From a virus: a stretch of 64,000 bases of DNA. The stretch is from the UHGV virus genome UHGV-0033546; one strand, 5' to 3'. Shown here in pieces: positions 1 through 9,582 of the stretch. The notes beneath the pieces are model-generated. The model was not told where the DNA came from. It did no database searches and saw only the letters and a list, made by a program, of their open reading frames with translations. Made by a program: the position numbers and the translations under genes. Numbering within the stretch: position 1 is the first letter of the stretch; every line of letters begins with the position of its first letter.

Positions 1-356
1 TAACCTCTATTCATAAAAGCATTAAAAATTTGGTCATCAATCGATGGAATAGCAACTTTTTCTGCATCATTTAGCAAATCATTAATTTCATCAGATAGCA
101 TAACACATGTACCTTTATTTCCTGTAATTGTTACTGCACAATTACGAACGTTTTCTTTATCAAATTTTAGGTTAATATTTTCGTAGTGAAAATCCTTTAA
201 TGCCGAATATATTTTTAAAATGAAATTGTCTTTTACTACAATAAACCCAACCTCGCTATTAAAACGTGGTTCATGGAAGCTGTAATAAATCTTTTCATCT
301 ATGAAATCGTATGAAATTTTTTCCAATTTTAAATATGAAAATTCAGAACTATACAT
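1..356 (-). CDS. hypothetical protein, N-terminal part only (frame continues past window start)
   Basis: ATG at 356-354 preceded by AGAGGT Shine-Dalgarno; frame open to position 1; position matches the 61.x small-gene block of T-even phages. Confidence 0.4.
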   Translation of the reverse strand, partial: MYSSEFSYLKLEKISYDFIDEKIYYSFHEPRFNSEVGFIVVKDNFILKIYSALKDFHYENINLKFDKENVRNCAVTITGNKGTCVMLSDEINDLLNDAEKVAIPSIDDQIFNAFMNRG

Positions 357-368
357 ACTAACCTCTAA

Positions 369-662
369 TTATTCACCTACCACTTCAGCGATGATATTTT
401 TATTATTAAAGTTTTTATCGCAATACAGAACATAATTATATTGCATTACACCACCAGATTTAAGCTGTTTTTGCACTTCAGCTTTCATTTCAGGACGATC
501 ACGCTCAACGATATTCATAATATCTGCTTCAATTTGAGTTTCAACTTCAGTCTGATCCGCAGTCATAGACCATTCGCACAAATCTTTATCATAACCTGCC
601 ATGGCAGGCTGAGCAGCACAAGAAGATAAAGCAAAAATTGCAGCAAAGATAAATTTTTTCAT
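369..662 (-). CDS. sp: Spackle-like periplasmic protein (superinfection exclusion / lysis inhibition), 97 aa with signal peptide
   Basis: 97-aa ORF, N-terminal signal peptide MKKFIFAAIFALSSCAAQPAMA, ATG at 662 with GGAG SD; length, sequence and position next to dmd/41 match T4 Sp as I recall it. Confidence 0.7.
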   Translation of the reverse strand: MKKFIFAAIFALSSCAAQPAMAGYDKDLCEWSMTADQTEVETQIEADIMNIVERDRPEMKAEVQKQLKSGGVMQYNYVLYCDKNFNNKNIIAEVVGE

Positions 663-688
663 GATAATCTCCTCAGTAGTTTATGTTT

Positions 689-717
689 ATAGTATCTCAA
701 TTTCCTGCAAAAGTAAA
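689..717 (-). promoter_or_regulatory. early-type promoter: -35 TTTACT (717-712), 17-nt spacer, -10 TACTAT (694-689)
   Basis: Read on minus strand; about 27 nt upstream of sp ATG; same geometry as 13 other sites in the window. Confidence 0.45.
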
Positions 718-720
718 CAG

Positions 721-978
721 TTATTTTAAAACTTCTGCATAATCACATGTTACAAACTGTTTCTCTAACTTGACGATTTTACGAAAGTATCTTTTGCATT
801 GGCGAATCTGTCGCTTCGTAGGGCGCACAGCAAACTTAATAAATTCCGCTCGACCAAATGGAGGGCTTTCTTCTGCCGGAATATCTAATACTAATTCCCA
901 CGTATCTGCAATAAGTGCTTTGAATTGTGTATTTTTCCTGACGTTATACGGAGTAGGTTTAAATAAAACAATATGCAT
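721..978 (-). CDS. hypothetical small protein (61.4-like position)
   Basis: ORF in track 721..1020; ATG at 978 abuts dmd stop (TAATATG); the longer start would overlap dmd by 41 nt. Confidence 0.45.
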   Translation of the reverse strand: MHIVLFKPTPYNVRKNTQFKALIADTWELVLDIPAEESPPFGRAEFIKFAVRPTKRQIRQCKRYFRKIVKLEKQFVTCDYAEVLK

Positions 979-979
979 A

Positions 980-1162
980 TTATCCTCGGCAATCCACTTC
1001 ACATACTTTCTTGCCATCAATGAAAGCTTTAACTAATGCTTTATTAACTTCAGCATATTGAGTAGTAGCCCATTGAACGTCATCTTTCATCATTGTGATT
1101 TCTTTAGTAAACATGCTTTCGTTCTTAAACCACCCCATAAAAACTACCTTTACCAATTCCAT
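980..1162 (-). CDS. dmd: Dmd-like antitoxin (discriminator of mRNA degradation), 60 aa
   Basis: 60-aa ORF directly downstream of gene 41 with ATG at 1162 and GGAG SD; size and position as T4 dmd; identity from memory only. Confidence 0.55.
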   Translation of the reverse strand: MELVKVVFMGWFKNESMFTKEITMMKDDVQWATTQYAEVNKALVKAFIDGKKVCEVDCRG

Positions 1163-1191
1163 AACAATCTCCTCATTTAACCAACAAGACT

Positions 1192-1220
1192 ACTATACCA
1201 TAATCTTGTCAGCTTGTAAA
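1192..1220 (-). promoter_or_regulatory. early-type promoter: -35 TTTACA (1220-1215), spacer 17, -10 TATAGT (1197-1192)
   Basis: Minus-strand reading; -35 abuts gene 41 stop; drives dmd and downstream 61.x genes. Confidence 0.45.
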
Positions 1221-2648
1221 CTAAAATTTTAATTCATTTGCCAAAGCATCTAACTGAGCTCGAGCGGATTCGTTTCTTTGATAGCGGTTCTGTTCAGCTT
1301 GAATCTGCTGTGAACCTGCTACTTCGTTCACTTCGGTTGGAGTAGAATCTTGTTCAATTTCTACCCATTTCTGATTTCCTTTTTGAACACCCATCAAAAA
1401 CTTATTCCATTTATTCTTATCACCATATCGTGATTTGATTTGCTTAATGAGTTGTTGTTCAGCAGCTGCTAACTCTTCAGTTTCAATGACCGCAAGCATA
1501 AAATCGGCTGTCGCTGGAAGACCAGCAGATTCTGCTATATCACTCATGTTAACATCAGAAGAGTCCCAAGCTTGTTTACCAACCTGCGCTGCAGTCCAAA
1601 GAACAGTTTCAGTTTCAACAGCCAGAGCACGTAATTCCTCTGCAATAGCTTTAACAGTTGTGTAACTATTTTCTGAATAAACTCGGATGCGGCACGATTT
1701 ACAAATACCTAGATAGTCGACAATAATGATTGTTGGAACAAAATTCTTCTTGAGCTTCAATTCATTCAAGAGAGACCTGAATGTGTTAGCATCTGCTCCA
1801 CCAGTAGGATACTGTTTAACAATTAAACGACCGAGAGTAGATTTCTCACGCCATTTTTCCATTTTTCCTTTATACTCAGCGTAAGAAATATGCCCATCAT
1901 CAATGTCATCAAGAGAAACATCAAGCATATTAGCATCAATGCGCTTAGCACAGACTTCTTCTGCCATTTCCATGGAAATGTAAAGAACATTATGTCCAAG
2001 CTGCAAATAATCTGCTGCTAATGAACACAATCCTAATGACTTACCAACGTTAACACCAGCCATTAAAACGTTCAGTGTTCCAGTCTCAGCTCCGCCTTTA
2101 GTAATTTTATTCAGAATTTTGAGTCTAAATGGAACCTTACGAGCTTTATTCATATAAGATAGCCAACGTGCTTCGTAGTCATCCATCCAATCATGGCCAA
2201 CGTAGCTATCAAATGAAATTGATAATGCTTGACGCATGATGTCAGGAATAGCACCTACATCTGGCATTTTCTTATTTCGTTTTTCCGGAGGAAGCTCAGC
2301 ATTGGTTTGAATTTCAATTATTTTAGACGTAGCATTAAACATCGCCCTTTGCTGAACATATTTTTCTGTTTCTTTTACTAACCAACTGTGGTCTTCCGGA
2401 GAATCAGCTAGTTTTGAAATAAGTGTTTTTACACCAGAATATTCTGTTTCAGTAAATGAACTATTTTCTAATGCAACATTTAACGCATTAATAGATGGAA
2501 CGCTATGGTACTCATTGACATGAGATTTAATTAATTTGAATGTATTTTTAGCTGGACCACTTTCAAAATATTCTGAATCCATATATGGCCAAACTTTTGA
2601 AAAATAAGCTTGATCAAATATGAGATGAGAAAGAATAATTTCTACCAC
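1221..2648 (-). CDS. 41: gp41 replicative DNA helicase (DnaB-like), 475 aa
   Basis: Walker A GVNVGKS, DnaB-family architecture, 475 aa; GTG start at 2648 with strong AAGGAG SD; matches T4 gp41 sequence as recalled. Confidence 0.93.
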   Translation of the reverse strand: MVEIILSHLIFDQAYFSKVWPYMDSEYFESGPAKNTFKLIKSHVNEYHSVPSINALNVALENSSFTETEYSGVKTLISKLADSPEDHSWLVKETEKYVQQRAMFNATSKIIEIQTNAELPPEKRNKKMPDVGAIPDIMRQALSISFDSYVGHDWMDDYEARWLSYMNKARKVPFRLKILNKITKGGAETGTLNVLMAGVNVGKSLGLCSLAADYLQLGHNVLYISMEMAEEVCAKRIDANMLDVSLDDIDDGHISYAEYKGKMEKWREKSTLGRLIVKQYPTGGADANTFRSLLNELKLKKNFVPTIIIVDYLGICKSCRIRVYSENSYTTVKAIAEELRALAVETETVLWTAAQVGKQAWDSSDVNMSDIAESAGLPATADFMLAVIETEELAAAEQQLIKQIKSRYGDKNKWNKFLMGVQKGNQKWVEIEQDSTPTEVNEVAGSQQIQAEQNRYQRNESARAQLDALANELKF

Positions 2649-2657
2649 ACTTACTCC

Positions 2658-3002
2658 TTAAAAGAATTTAAATTTTTTCTTTGACCTTTTATTAAATGCA
2701 TCTTGTAGTTGCATTGTAATACATTTTTCTACATGAGGAGCTAACTCAGCTTTTCTTTCTTGGTCAAGAACAGCAAAGTCCATTACAACCTTTCCATCAA
2801 CCCAATCTAATTTTGTCACATACACAATGTGTGTAGAACCATCTTCTAGTTTAATGACAATCTCCTGGATAACATTTTCCATGGCAGATTTAATTATCTT
2901 AAGAGATTCATTAAAAAGACGTTCTTTTCTTTCTTCTTCCCCCTCCGAAGAGGGGGATTCATCGATAATTTCTAGATCTAAATCTAAATCATCTTTATTC
3001 AT
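2658..3002 (-). CDS. 40: gp40-like head-assembly protein, 114 aa
   Basis: ORF between uvsX and 41; ATG at 3002 gives 114 aa and a short overlap with the uvsX stop. Confidence 0.6.
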   Translation of the reverse strand: MNKDDLDLDLEIIDESPSSEGEEERKERLFNESLKIIKSAMENVIQEIVIKLEDGSTHIVYVTKLDWVDGKVVMDFAVLDQERKAELAPHVEKCITMQLQDAFNKRSKKKFKFF

Positions 3003-4176
3003 TAAATTCTTCCATATCACTTAACTGATCTAGGTCAGTTTCTAAATCAGCTGCTGATTTACTTTTACTTTCTGGAGATTTAAATTTTTCAACCTTTGAG
3101 TTAATCAATTCATCAACTTCAGCTTCAACAATTTCATTACTATCAATAGCACCTAATTGATAAGCACGTTTAATAGCATCTCGGAATGGCTGATGCTTAA
3201 ATAAAGGACCCCAGAATGTAGTGCAGTTGGTATCTTTTGCACGCCAAGATTTTTCTTCGCGAATCATCTCGCCGGTTTCTTCGTCAAGAAATTCACGAGC
3301 ATACCAGCCATTTTTTGGTTTTACCACAAATCCTAATTCAAGAGCCATATCTAACAATCCAGAATAAGGATCGATACCACCGTCAAATTTAACATCAATA
3401 AAGAATTTACTTTTTTCTTTAACAGTACGAGATTTTTCTACATTTAGAACAAATTGATACCCCTGAAGATCAGAACCATCTTTAATCTGGCGCTTACCGA
3501 TAATGAATACAGTATCAGCCGAATACATTACGCCTGTACCACCTGTCATCACGGTTTTACTAAACATTTCAATTGTTTCAATTGTATGGTTAACCGCAAC
3601 ACATGGAATATTTTTAATGCTAAAATAAGGAGTAACAATACGGAATAATGACTTCAGCGATTTAGCACGAGTCATATCTGCCACAGATTTTTCATTCAAG
3701 GCATCTTCCGTTTCTTTCTTAGAAGCCATATTACCGATTGAGTCGATGAATACAATAACCTTTTCACCACGCTCAATAGCTTCAAGCTGATTCACCATAT
3801 CAATTTTCAGCTGTTCAACTGACTGGATTGGCGTATGAATTACTCGTTCCGGGTCAACACCCATGGATCGCAAATAAGCTGGAGTAATACCAAATTCGCT
3901 ATCATAAAATAGACAAACCGCGTCAGGATATTTGTTCAAATACGCCGCAACCATAGTCAAAGACATATTTGATTTAAAGTGTTTAGAAGGACCTGCAAAA
4001 ATGGTTAAACCAGACTGCATACCACCATCAATCGCACCAGAAATAGCGATATTAAGCATTGGGATTTTTGTGCGAATTACATCCTTTTCATTAAAGAATT
4101 TAGATGTAGTCAGTTCAGCAGTCATTTTAGAAGTGGAAGCTTTAATCAAACGGGATTTTAAATCTGCAATAGACAT
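2995..4176 (-). CDS. uvsX: UvsX RecA-like recombinase, 393 aa
   Basis: RecA fold with Walker A GPSKHFKS; near-identical to T4 UvsX N-terminus and C-terminal acidic tail as recalled. Confidence 0.95.
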   Translation of the reverse strand: MSIADLKSRLIKASTSKMTAELTTSKFFNEKDVIRTKIPMLNIAISGAIDGGMQSGLTIFAGPSKHFKSNMSLTMVAAYLNKYPDAVCLFYDSEFGITPAYLRSMGVDPERVIHTPIQSVEQLKIDMVNQLEAIERGEKVIVFIDSIGNMASKKETEDALNEKSVADMTRAKSLKSLFRIVTPYFSIKNIPCVAVNHTIETIEMFSKTVMTGGTGVMYSADTVFIIGKRQIKDGSDLQGYQFVLNVEKSRTVKEKSKFFIDVKFDGGIDPYSGLLDMALELGFVVKPKNGWYAREFLDEETGEMIREEKSWRAKDTNCTTFWGPLFKHQPFRDAIKRAYQLGAIDSNEIVEAEVDELINSKVEKFKSPESKSKSAADLETDLDQLSDMEEFNE

Positions 4177-4229
4177 TCATTTTTTCCATAGGCATCATTA
4201 TATTTTCCTCACTGGTTAAAGATAGAGTA

Positions 4230-4253
4230 ATTATAACACAATAAATTTAGGCA
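4230..4253 (-). promoter_or_regulatory. candidate MotA-dependent middle promoter for uvsX (MotA-box-like TGCCTAA at 4253-4247, -10 TATAAT at 4235-4230)
   Basis: Minus-strand reading of the uvsX upstream intergenic region; box is one mismatch from the TGCTT consensus; spacing about 12 nt. Confidence 0.3.
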
Positions 4254-5096
4254 TTAATCAACTGCTATTGGATGAATAGCATTAAACTTATGAAATGCTT
4301 CTGATTTTTCTTTACGCGAAACACACATACGAAGAACCTTTAATGGCTCGTCTTCTTCACCCAACGATTTTCGTTTTTCAATATTAGAAGTTTTCCAACG
4401 AGCTTGCTCTGGAAACTCTCTATTGATTTGCTCAAGAGCTCTATTATGTTTTGAATTACTACGAATTGAACTACACCCACCAGGAGCTTGTGCTTTTCCA
4501 GATACAACTAGATATTTGAACAAGGCCAAATGCGGATAACCTTGATTAATTAAATTGAGAAATGCATACATATCTTCGCATAAATCAATTTTTCCATACC
4601 CAATTTGTTCTGTGGTAAGTTTTCCTAAATCATACCATGTATTTGTGAATCCATATGAATTTTCACGATAATTACCCCAAGATGAAGTAATTTTAAAAAT
4701 TGGTAGACGAGCATGGCCATGATAATACCCGCAATCCATGGCATCTTCAACGTATTGAATCAATTCATAGAACTGTTCACGAGTTAATTGATTAATTTTA
4801 TCTACGCAGCGACGATCATCTTTCTTTCGCATTGAACTCATACGAATAGTAGTATCATCATCAATCATCCAAATTCGTTGACCTGCATACATATCAGTAA
4901 TTGCTTTACGAGTACCAGCAATTCCGTTAACATCATCAGGAATAGTTATAATTTTAGCTCTAGACCCGTAAGCGTCATAATAAGCTTTTTCTTCATGTTT
5001 ACGCACTACAATATGGGGTTCATAATCAGTCGGAAACATATCAAGGGCAGAAACTGCCCCGACACGCTGATAACTTGGAATTACGAATTGAATCAT
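4254..5096 (-). CDS. GT-A fold glycosyltransferase, 280 aa, at the locus occupied by beta-gt in T4 (possibly a beta-glucosyl-HMC-alpha-glucosyltransferase type enzyme)
   Basis: N-terminal FVIPSYQRVG strand and DDD (DxD) motif typical of GT-A enzymes; ATG at 5096 in ATGA overlap with gene 42 stop; 280 aa versus 351-aa T4 beta-gt and not alignable to it by eye. Confidence 0.55.
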   Translation of the reverse strand: MIQFVIPSYQRVGAVSALDMFPTDYEPHIVVRKHEEKAYYDAYGSRAKIITIPDDVNGIAGTRKAITDMYAGQRIWMIDDDTTIRMSSMRKKDDRRCVDKINQLTREQFYELIQYVEDAMDCGYYHGHARLPIFKITSSWGNYRENSYGFTNTWYDLGKLTTEQIGYGKIDLCEDMYAFLNLINQGYPHLALFKYLVVSGKAQAPGGCSSIRSNSKHNRALEQINREFPEQARWKTSNIEKRKSLGEEDEPLKVLRMCVSRKEKSEAFHKFNAIHPIAVD

Positions 5097-5833
5097 TTCC
5101 ACTCACCATTATAATCTTTTTTCGCAATATGAGTTTCGCCAGTATTCCACCAATGGTCAACCAAATAAAACTGATTTTCGTACACATGAAGACTTCCGAC
5201 ATTCCATATAATAGAACCTGCTTTATACTGTCGTGATGGGTCGCCTGCATTCAAATCAGATACTAATTTATCTAGTACGTATTTTTGCCACGCATAATCA
5301 TTACGATAGCCTGCCCAGCAGTCATTGCTTCTCATATTAACAACTGCATTGACTTTCTTATCACGAATCAGGTACTGTACTGTATTAGTACACATGAAAT
5401 CTGACATGCCGTCTTTGTTGTAGTCAAACTGCATAGATGGACGAGTATAAATCATGATACCACGCCGAGAATCAGGATTTTGACCAAGTTCAGCTAAACA
5501 CATATCATACTGGGCATAGTTATTTTCTGACCAGATAGCCCAACCATAATTCGAGTTAATTTCGCCTTTAGAAGATGCTACCTGCTGCCAAATCTTTGGT
5601 GTTTCACCTGGAATATCTTTAACAAACAAGCTCTTAGATTTATACCATTCAAGTTCACGCTGAATGTATTCATCATTAAGAGCGCCAAAAATAAACGGTT
5701 CATCTGCTACAAATGATGCGCCAATAATTTCAATAGTTTTAACACCAGTTTTATCAACTACGAAATCTTTTTCCTTTAATGCAAGCCCCAAATGAAGACG
5801 GATTTCTTCAACTGTCATAGAGTCACTAATCAT
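5093..5833 (-). CDS. 42: gp42 dCMP hydroxymethylase, 246 aa
   Basis: 246 aa; sequence from MISDSMTVEEIRLHLGLALKEKDF onward matches T4 gp42 as recalled. Confidence 0.92.
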   Translation of the reverse strand: MISDSMTVEEIRLHLGLALKEKDFVVDKTGVKTIEIIGASFVADEPFIFGALNDEYIQRELEWYKSKSLFVKDIPGETPKIWQQVASSKGEINSNYGWAIWSENNYAQYDMCLAELGQNPDSRRGIMIYTRPSMQFDYNKDGMSDFMCTNTVQYLIRDKKVNAVVNMRSNDCWAGYRNDYAWQKYVLDKLVSDLNAGDPSRQYKAGSIIWNVGSLHVYENQFYLVDHWWNTGETHIAKKDYNGEWK

Positions 5834-5986
5834 TTAAACCTCAATTGATACATTCATATTTAACTTGTAACAGTAATAAACTCCAACCTAAAATAATAGT
5901 TGGAATCATAAGAGGAACCGTTACACTATAGTATATACTTATTATAATCATCAAGATTAAAAGCAATGCTGCTATAATTTTGCTTT

Positions 5987-6238
5987 TCATTCCTTCTCTC
6001 TGATGATAATTACTTGATTTGGTTGTGCAGACTTTTTAGTTTCACCTGCAATTGACCAAATAAATGTAATAAACCAACCAATAATTGACCAATTAAACAG
6101 TAAAGATGTGAAAAAGATTCCTACTGTCGATTTTGACCCACGCATCAAGGCGATGAACCACGGAAGCATGTATATAATAATAGCCAACACGCCTGAAACT
6201 AAAACCATAAAAATTGAACCTGCTACTAAAGTTTCCAT
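5987..6238 (-). CDS. imm: Imm immunity (superinfection exclusion) membrane protein, 83 aa
   Basis: 83-aa protein with two hydrophobic segments immediately downstream of 43/imm.1, same size as T4 Imm. Confidence 0.75.
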   Translation of the reverse strand: METLVAGSIFMVLVSGVLAIIIYMLPWFIALMRGSKSTVGIFFTSLLFNWSIIGWFITFIWSIAGETKKSAQPNQVIIIREKE

Positions 6239-6245
6239 GTTTTCC

Positions 6246-6626
6246 TCACTTAGTCAAATTTTTTACACATGAATTATAAGAATTCACTACATACTCCATC
6301 GGAGCATTTTTACCAGTACGCCATTGGTAATTATTAGCCCAATTAGCCCAAAGTTCGGCACAGTAGTTTTCAATTTTTTCTTCGCGTGTAATTACATCTG
6401 AATTACGATATGCTTGAGCAGATTCATCTGGACGAATAGCCTCGTCAAAATTCGCCTGCATTTGTTCTACCGTCTGTTTTGGAGCTTCTTTATAACACTT
6501 GACGTTAGGATTATAAAACTTACTTGAACAGTTTACAATTTTTCCTACATCAGATTGATTTACTACCGGTCCTTGAGCTACACAACCAGTAAGACCCAAT
6601 GCAATAACTAAAATAGTGATTTTCAT
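6246..6626 (-). CDS. small lipoprotein (imm.1 position), about 126 aa
   Basis: ATG at 6626 with GGAG SD; lipobox LTGC in MKITILVIALGLTGC; the longer track ORF (to 6815) would run through the promoter and terminator. Confidence 0.5.
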   Translation of the reverse strand: MKITILVIALGLTGCVAQGPVVNQSDVGKIVNCSSKFYNPNVKCYKEAPKQTVEQMQANFDEAIRPDESAQAYRNSDVITREEKIENYCAELWANWANNYQWRTGKNAPMEYVVNSYNSCVKNLTK

Positions 6627-6660
6627 TTCATTCTCCAAATCTGTATTGGTTGATAGTTGT

Positions 6661-6689
6661 ATAGTACCATGGAAGAACAGGGATGTAAA
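6661..6689 (-). promoter_or_regulatory. early-type promoter: -35 TTTACA (6689-6684), spacer 17, -10 TACTAT (6666-6661), AT-rich UP element upstream
   Basis: Minus-strand reading; lies between gene 43 terminator hairpin and the imm.1 ATG. Confidence 0.45.
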
Positions 6690-6777
6690 TAGTTTTGTGA
6701 AAAAATTTTTAATGAATTTACAGGACCTAGAATCATCTATTTTTCCTAAGTATAGATTTATATTACTTGTATGAAAA

Positions 6778-6795
6778 AGGGACCCGGAGGTCCCT
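6778..6795 (-). terminator. intrinsic terminator after gene 43 (7-bp stem, tetraloop, U5 tract)
   Basis: On transcript: AGGGACC-UCCG-GGUCCCU followed by UUUUUC; starts 13 nt after the gene 43 stop. Confidence 0.55.
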
Positions 6796-6807
6796 AGATT
6801 TATTCTA

Positions 6808-9504
6808 TCAGCCAAACAGGAAGTCTAACGAAGCTTTTTCCTCATAGTCCATACCTGCAGATTCACACATACCCGCAAGCGGTTTAACAAACGATTTTTG
6901 GAACAAAGTTGAGTAGTCAATCCAAGACAGTACGTCAGAACGAATTTCTTTTGGAAGTTCCGTACCCGATGGCCAAGCAATGCACTTATCACCAAATGGA
7001 TTTCCTTCACGTAATGGAAGAACCATTACCTTATTTCCATCCAAAATTGGAGCTACACCTAAACCGTTAACAGCTCGACGATAAGTTAGTACACCACGAA
7101 TATGGAACGGACATTTAAATCCTGGCCAACCTTTATCATCATATTTCGCTATATCGTTCGCAGTTTTTACTTCAGCAATAACTTTATAGTCAAGTTGACG
7201 ATATTCTTTCTCGAAGTTCTTGTAATATTCTTGGACAGACTCTTCACCTTCCTGAAGAATACGACGAATACTTTCTTCGAGAGCTTCTTGGACCGCTTTA
7301 GGCGTTGAGCTCTGCTGAGTTTCCATACCCATGATTTTTAGATGCGGTTCGGCAAATCGCTTATCTTCCATATCATAAACGTTCAGAGCATAACGTTTTT
7401 TCGCTTTCCAAAATCCACCGACACCCTTTGAACCAAGCGGAGGGCAAGAAATAGCTTCACGGTCCATATGCATCAGATGCTCGCGGTTATTCATATAATC
7501 ACATAACTCGCGATATGCAACATCAATCATAGGTTCCATCTTTTTCTTACCGAACTGATTCATGAATTCAACTAAATCATTTTGTTCTTTAAAGCGATCA
7601 AGACCTACTTTTTCAATAACTTTATCTACACAAACATATACCGAATCAGTATCACCTGCTGCGATGAAATCTTCACCATTAGTTCCACATACTTTATTCA
7701 GATATTCATTAATTTTGCGAGCAATCCACTGAATACCGACTTGACCGAAAATTGTGATAGCAGTAGCATTTCGCAAATCATAGTAACGGAAATGAATATT
7801 ACCAAGAGCACCATAAAGACTGTTAATAAGAATTTTACGGTTCAGCTGATTTGTGTTAGCAAGTGTAGCAGCTTTTTCACATTCTTCAATCAGACTATTA
7901 AGAACAGATTCGGTGTAATTCGATAATTCGTTTAAGAAATCATCACTGAACTTAACATATCGTTCAACTTCTGGTTTAGTTGAGCAAGACCCTGCACCTT
8001 TCATAATAATCTTTTTAATAGCTTCGGCATTCATTTCTTCCGCGAACATTTTCTTTTTCCAATCTTTACGCTGGAAAAATACTTTAGCGATTTCCTTTGG
8101 AATGATACCTTCTTGGTGCTTATCATACATCCATCCATTCGGAGAGCAAGAATATTCATCACTTGGCTTAGGAGCTGTTCCTGCGATATATTCATGAATT
8201 GGATGAACTTTAAACTGCCCACGAATAGTCTCAGGACTAATGTTAACCTGACGAATAATGCTAGGATACAGAGACGTCAAGTCAAAACTCATAATGTATC
8301 GACGAGCAATCGGTTTAGGTTCAAACACAAATGCACCTGGAAAACTCTGTTTAACGTGCGAACCTTGTTGAGGAATAACCTTATGTTCACCTTTCAATGA
8401 GTTAAAAATAATAGCATCCCAAGTTTTAATAGGACTCATTACACCAGAAAAAGGCATTTTAGCATAATAAGACATACTTAAAACTAGATCGATAAACCCA
8501 CGAATTTTATCAATTGCTTGAACTGATTCTACGTCAATGATGTTATAACTAATGTATCGTTGATGATTAGTCTCACGAAGTTTATTAATAGGACCATCGT
8601 ACGGCAATTTACCTTTTTTGGTTTCATGTTGAGCAACTGATTCCAAAGAGAATGACGGCAAATTAGTAAAAGCGAATTTCTTGTACAAATCTAAATAATC
8701 AAGAATAGATACGCCATCAATAGAATAAATTTCTTTGCTACCATACATATTTTGAATTAGTTTAGATTTTACTCGACCGATTGGAGAGAAGCGTTTCATA
8801 CTGCGTTCGCCCAGAACCATTTTAACACGATTCATGATATACGGAACGTCAAATCCCTCAATATTCCAACCGGTAAAAATAGCAGGTCGTTTCTGTTCCC
8901 AGAGATTAATATATTCCATGAGCATATCACGCTCATTATCGAATGGCATATAAATTACTCGGTCAAGAATTTCTTGAGGAACTTCATCACCACCTTCACA
9001 GTCAAGCTTAGCAGCTAACTTTGCATCCCATTTTGATACTGAACCGTACATTGAATTCAAAAGGTCGAAAACATAAAAACGATCATCAATTGAATCATAA
9101 TGGGTGATAGCATCAATTTCATATTCTGCTTTCATTGGGTCAGGAAATTTATCACCAGTAACCTCAATGTCGCAGTTAGCTACACGAACAAATTTTCGGT
9201 CATAAACAATTTCTGAACCATATGTATCACTGATATAAGCGAGTTTAAAATCGTTCATACCAAGAGCTTCGAGACCGATGTCTTCCATTCGTTTCATCCA
9301 ATCTCGGGCATCTTTCATTGATGGAAATTTTTGAGGAGCACAGTTTTTACCGTAAATGTCTTTGTACTTTGACTCTTCCTTACAGTGCCTAAACATAGTC
9401 GGAAGATATTCTACTTCGCGAGTACGTTCCTTTCCGTTTTCATCAATATAACGCTCAACAATGTTATTTCCGACTGTTTCAATAGAGATATAAAATTCTT
9501 TCAT
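6808..9504 (-). CDS. 43: gp43 DNA polymerase (family B), 898 aa
   Basis: 898 aa; exonuclease and polymerase motifs (DTDS); N-terminus MKEFYISIETVGNNIVERYIDENGKER and C-terminal DFLFG match T4 gp43 as recalled. Confidence 0.97.
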   Translation of the reverse strand: MKEFYISIETVGNNIVERYIDENGKERTREVEYLPTMFRHCKEESKYKDIYGKNCAPQKFPSMKDARDWMKRMEDIGLEALGMNDFKLAYISDTYGSEIVYDRKFVRVANCDIEVTGDKFPDPMKAEYEIDAITHYDSIDDRFYVFDLLNSMYGSVSKWDAKLAAKLDCEGGDEVPQEILDRVIYMPFDNERDMLMEYINLWEQKRPAIFTGWNIEGFDVPYIMNRVKMVLGERSMKRFSPIGRVKSKLIQNMYGSKEIYSIDGVSILDYLDLYKKFAFTNLPSFSLESVAQHETKKGKLPYDGPINKLRETNHQRYISYNIIDVESVQAIDKIRGFIDLVLSMSYYAKMPFSGVMSPIKTWDAIIFNSLKGEHKVIPQQGSHVKQSFPGAFVFEPKPIARRYIMSFDLTSLYPSIIRQVNISPETIRGQFKVHPIHEYIAGTAPKPSDEYSCSPNGWMYDKHQEGIIPKEIAKVFFQRKDWKKKMFAEEMNAEAIKKIIMKGAGSCSTKPEVERYVKFSDDFLNELSNYTESVLNSLIEECEKAATLANTNQLNRKILINSLYGALGNIHFRYYDLRNATAITIFGQVGIQWIARKINEYLNKVCGTNGEDFIAAGDTDSVYVCVDKVIEKVGLDRFKEQNDLVEFMNQFGKKKMEPMIDVAYRELCDYMNNREHLMHMDREAISCPPLGSKGVGGFWKAKKRYALNVYDMEDKRFAEPHLKIMGMETQQSSTPKAVQEALEESIRRILQEGEESVQEYYKNFEKEYRQLDYKVIAEVKTANDIAKYDDKGWPGFKCPFHIRGVLTYRRAVNGLGVAPILDGNKVMVLPLREGNPFGDKCIAWPSGTELPKEIRSDVLSWIDYSTLFQKSFVKPLAGMCESAGMDYEEKASLDFLFG

Positions 9505-9545
9505 AGATATTCCTTAGTTTATAGCCCGAGTTATTAGGCTCTTGA
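9505..9545 (-). promoter_or_regulatory. gene 43 translational operator region (5'UTR hairpin plus SD)
   Basis: mRNA reads GAGCCUAAUAACUCGGGCUAUAAACUAAGGAAUAUCUAUG, which I recall as the gp43 autogenous-repression operator; assignment from memory. Confidence 0.4.
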
Positions 9546-9562
9546 TATATTATACTCCAAAT

Positions 9563-9580
9563 AAGGGGCCGAAGCCCCTT
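9563..9580 (-). terminator. GC-clamped hairpin with UUCG tetraloop downstream of regA
   Basis: + strand AAGGGGC-CGAA-GCCCCTT; on minus transcript C(UUCG)G loop; weak U tract, so possibly attenuator or RNA stabiliser. Confidence 0.4.
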
Positions 9581-9582
9581 GC

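Noticed and set aside
441-5250. Plus-strand or alternative-frame track ORFs inside sp, 61.4, 41, 40, uvsX, the glycosyltransferase and 42 (441-629, 770-1036, 1435-1665, 2827-3024, 3454-3648, 3932-4219, 4878-5114, 5041-5250)
   Set aside because: Antisense or out-of-frame to recognised genes; no promoter or SD support.
6825-8400. Track ORFs inside gene 43 in other frames or on the opposite strand (6825-7010, 7102-7308, 7582-7926, 8031-8222, 8113-8400)
   Set aside because: Fully embedded in the well-supported DNA polymerase frame; low-complexity translations; no start context.
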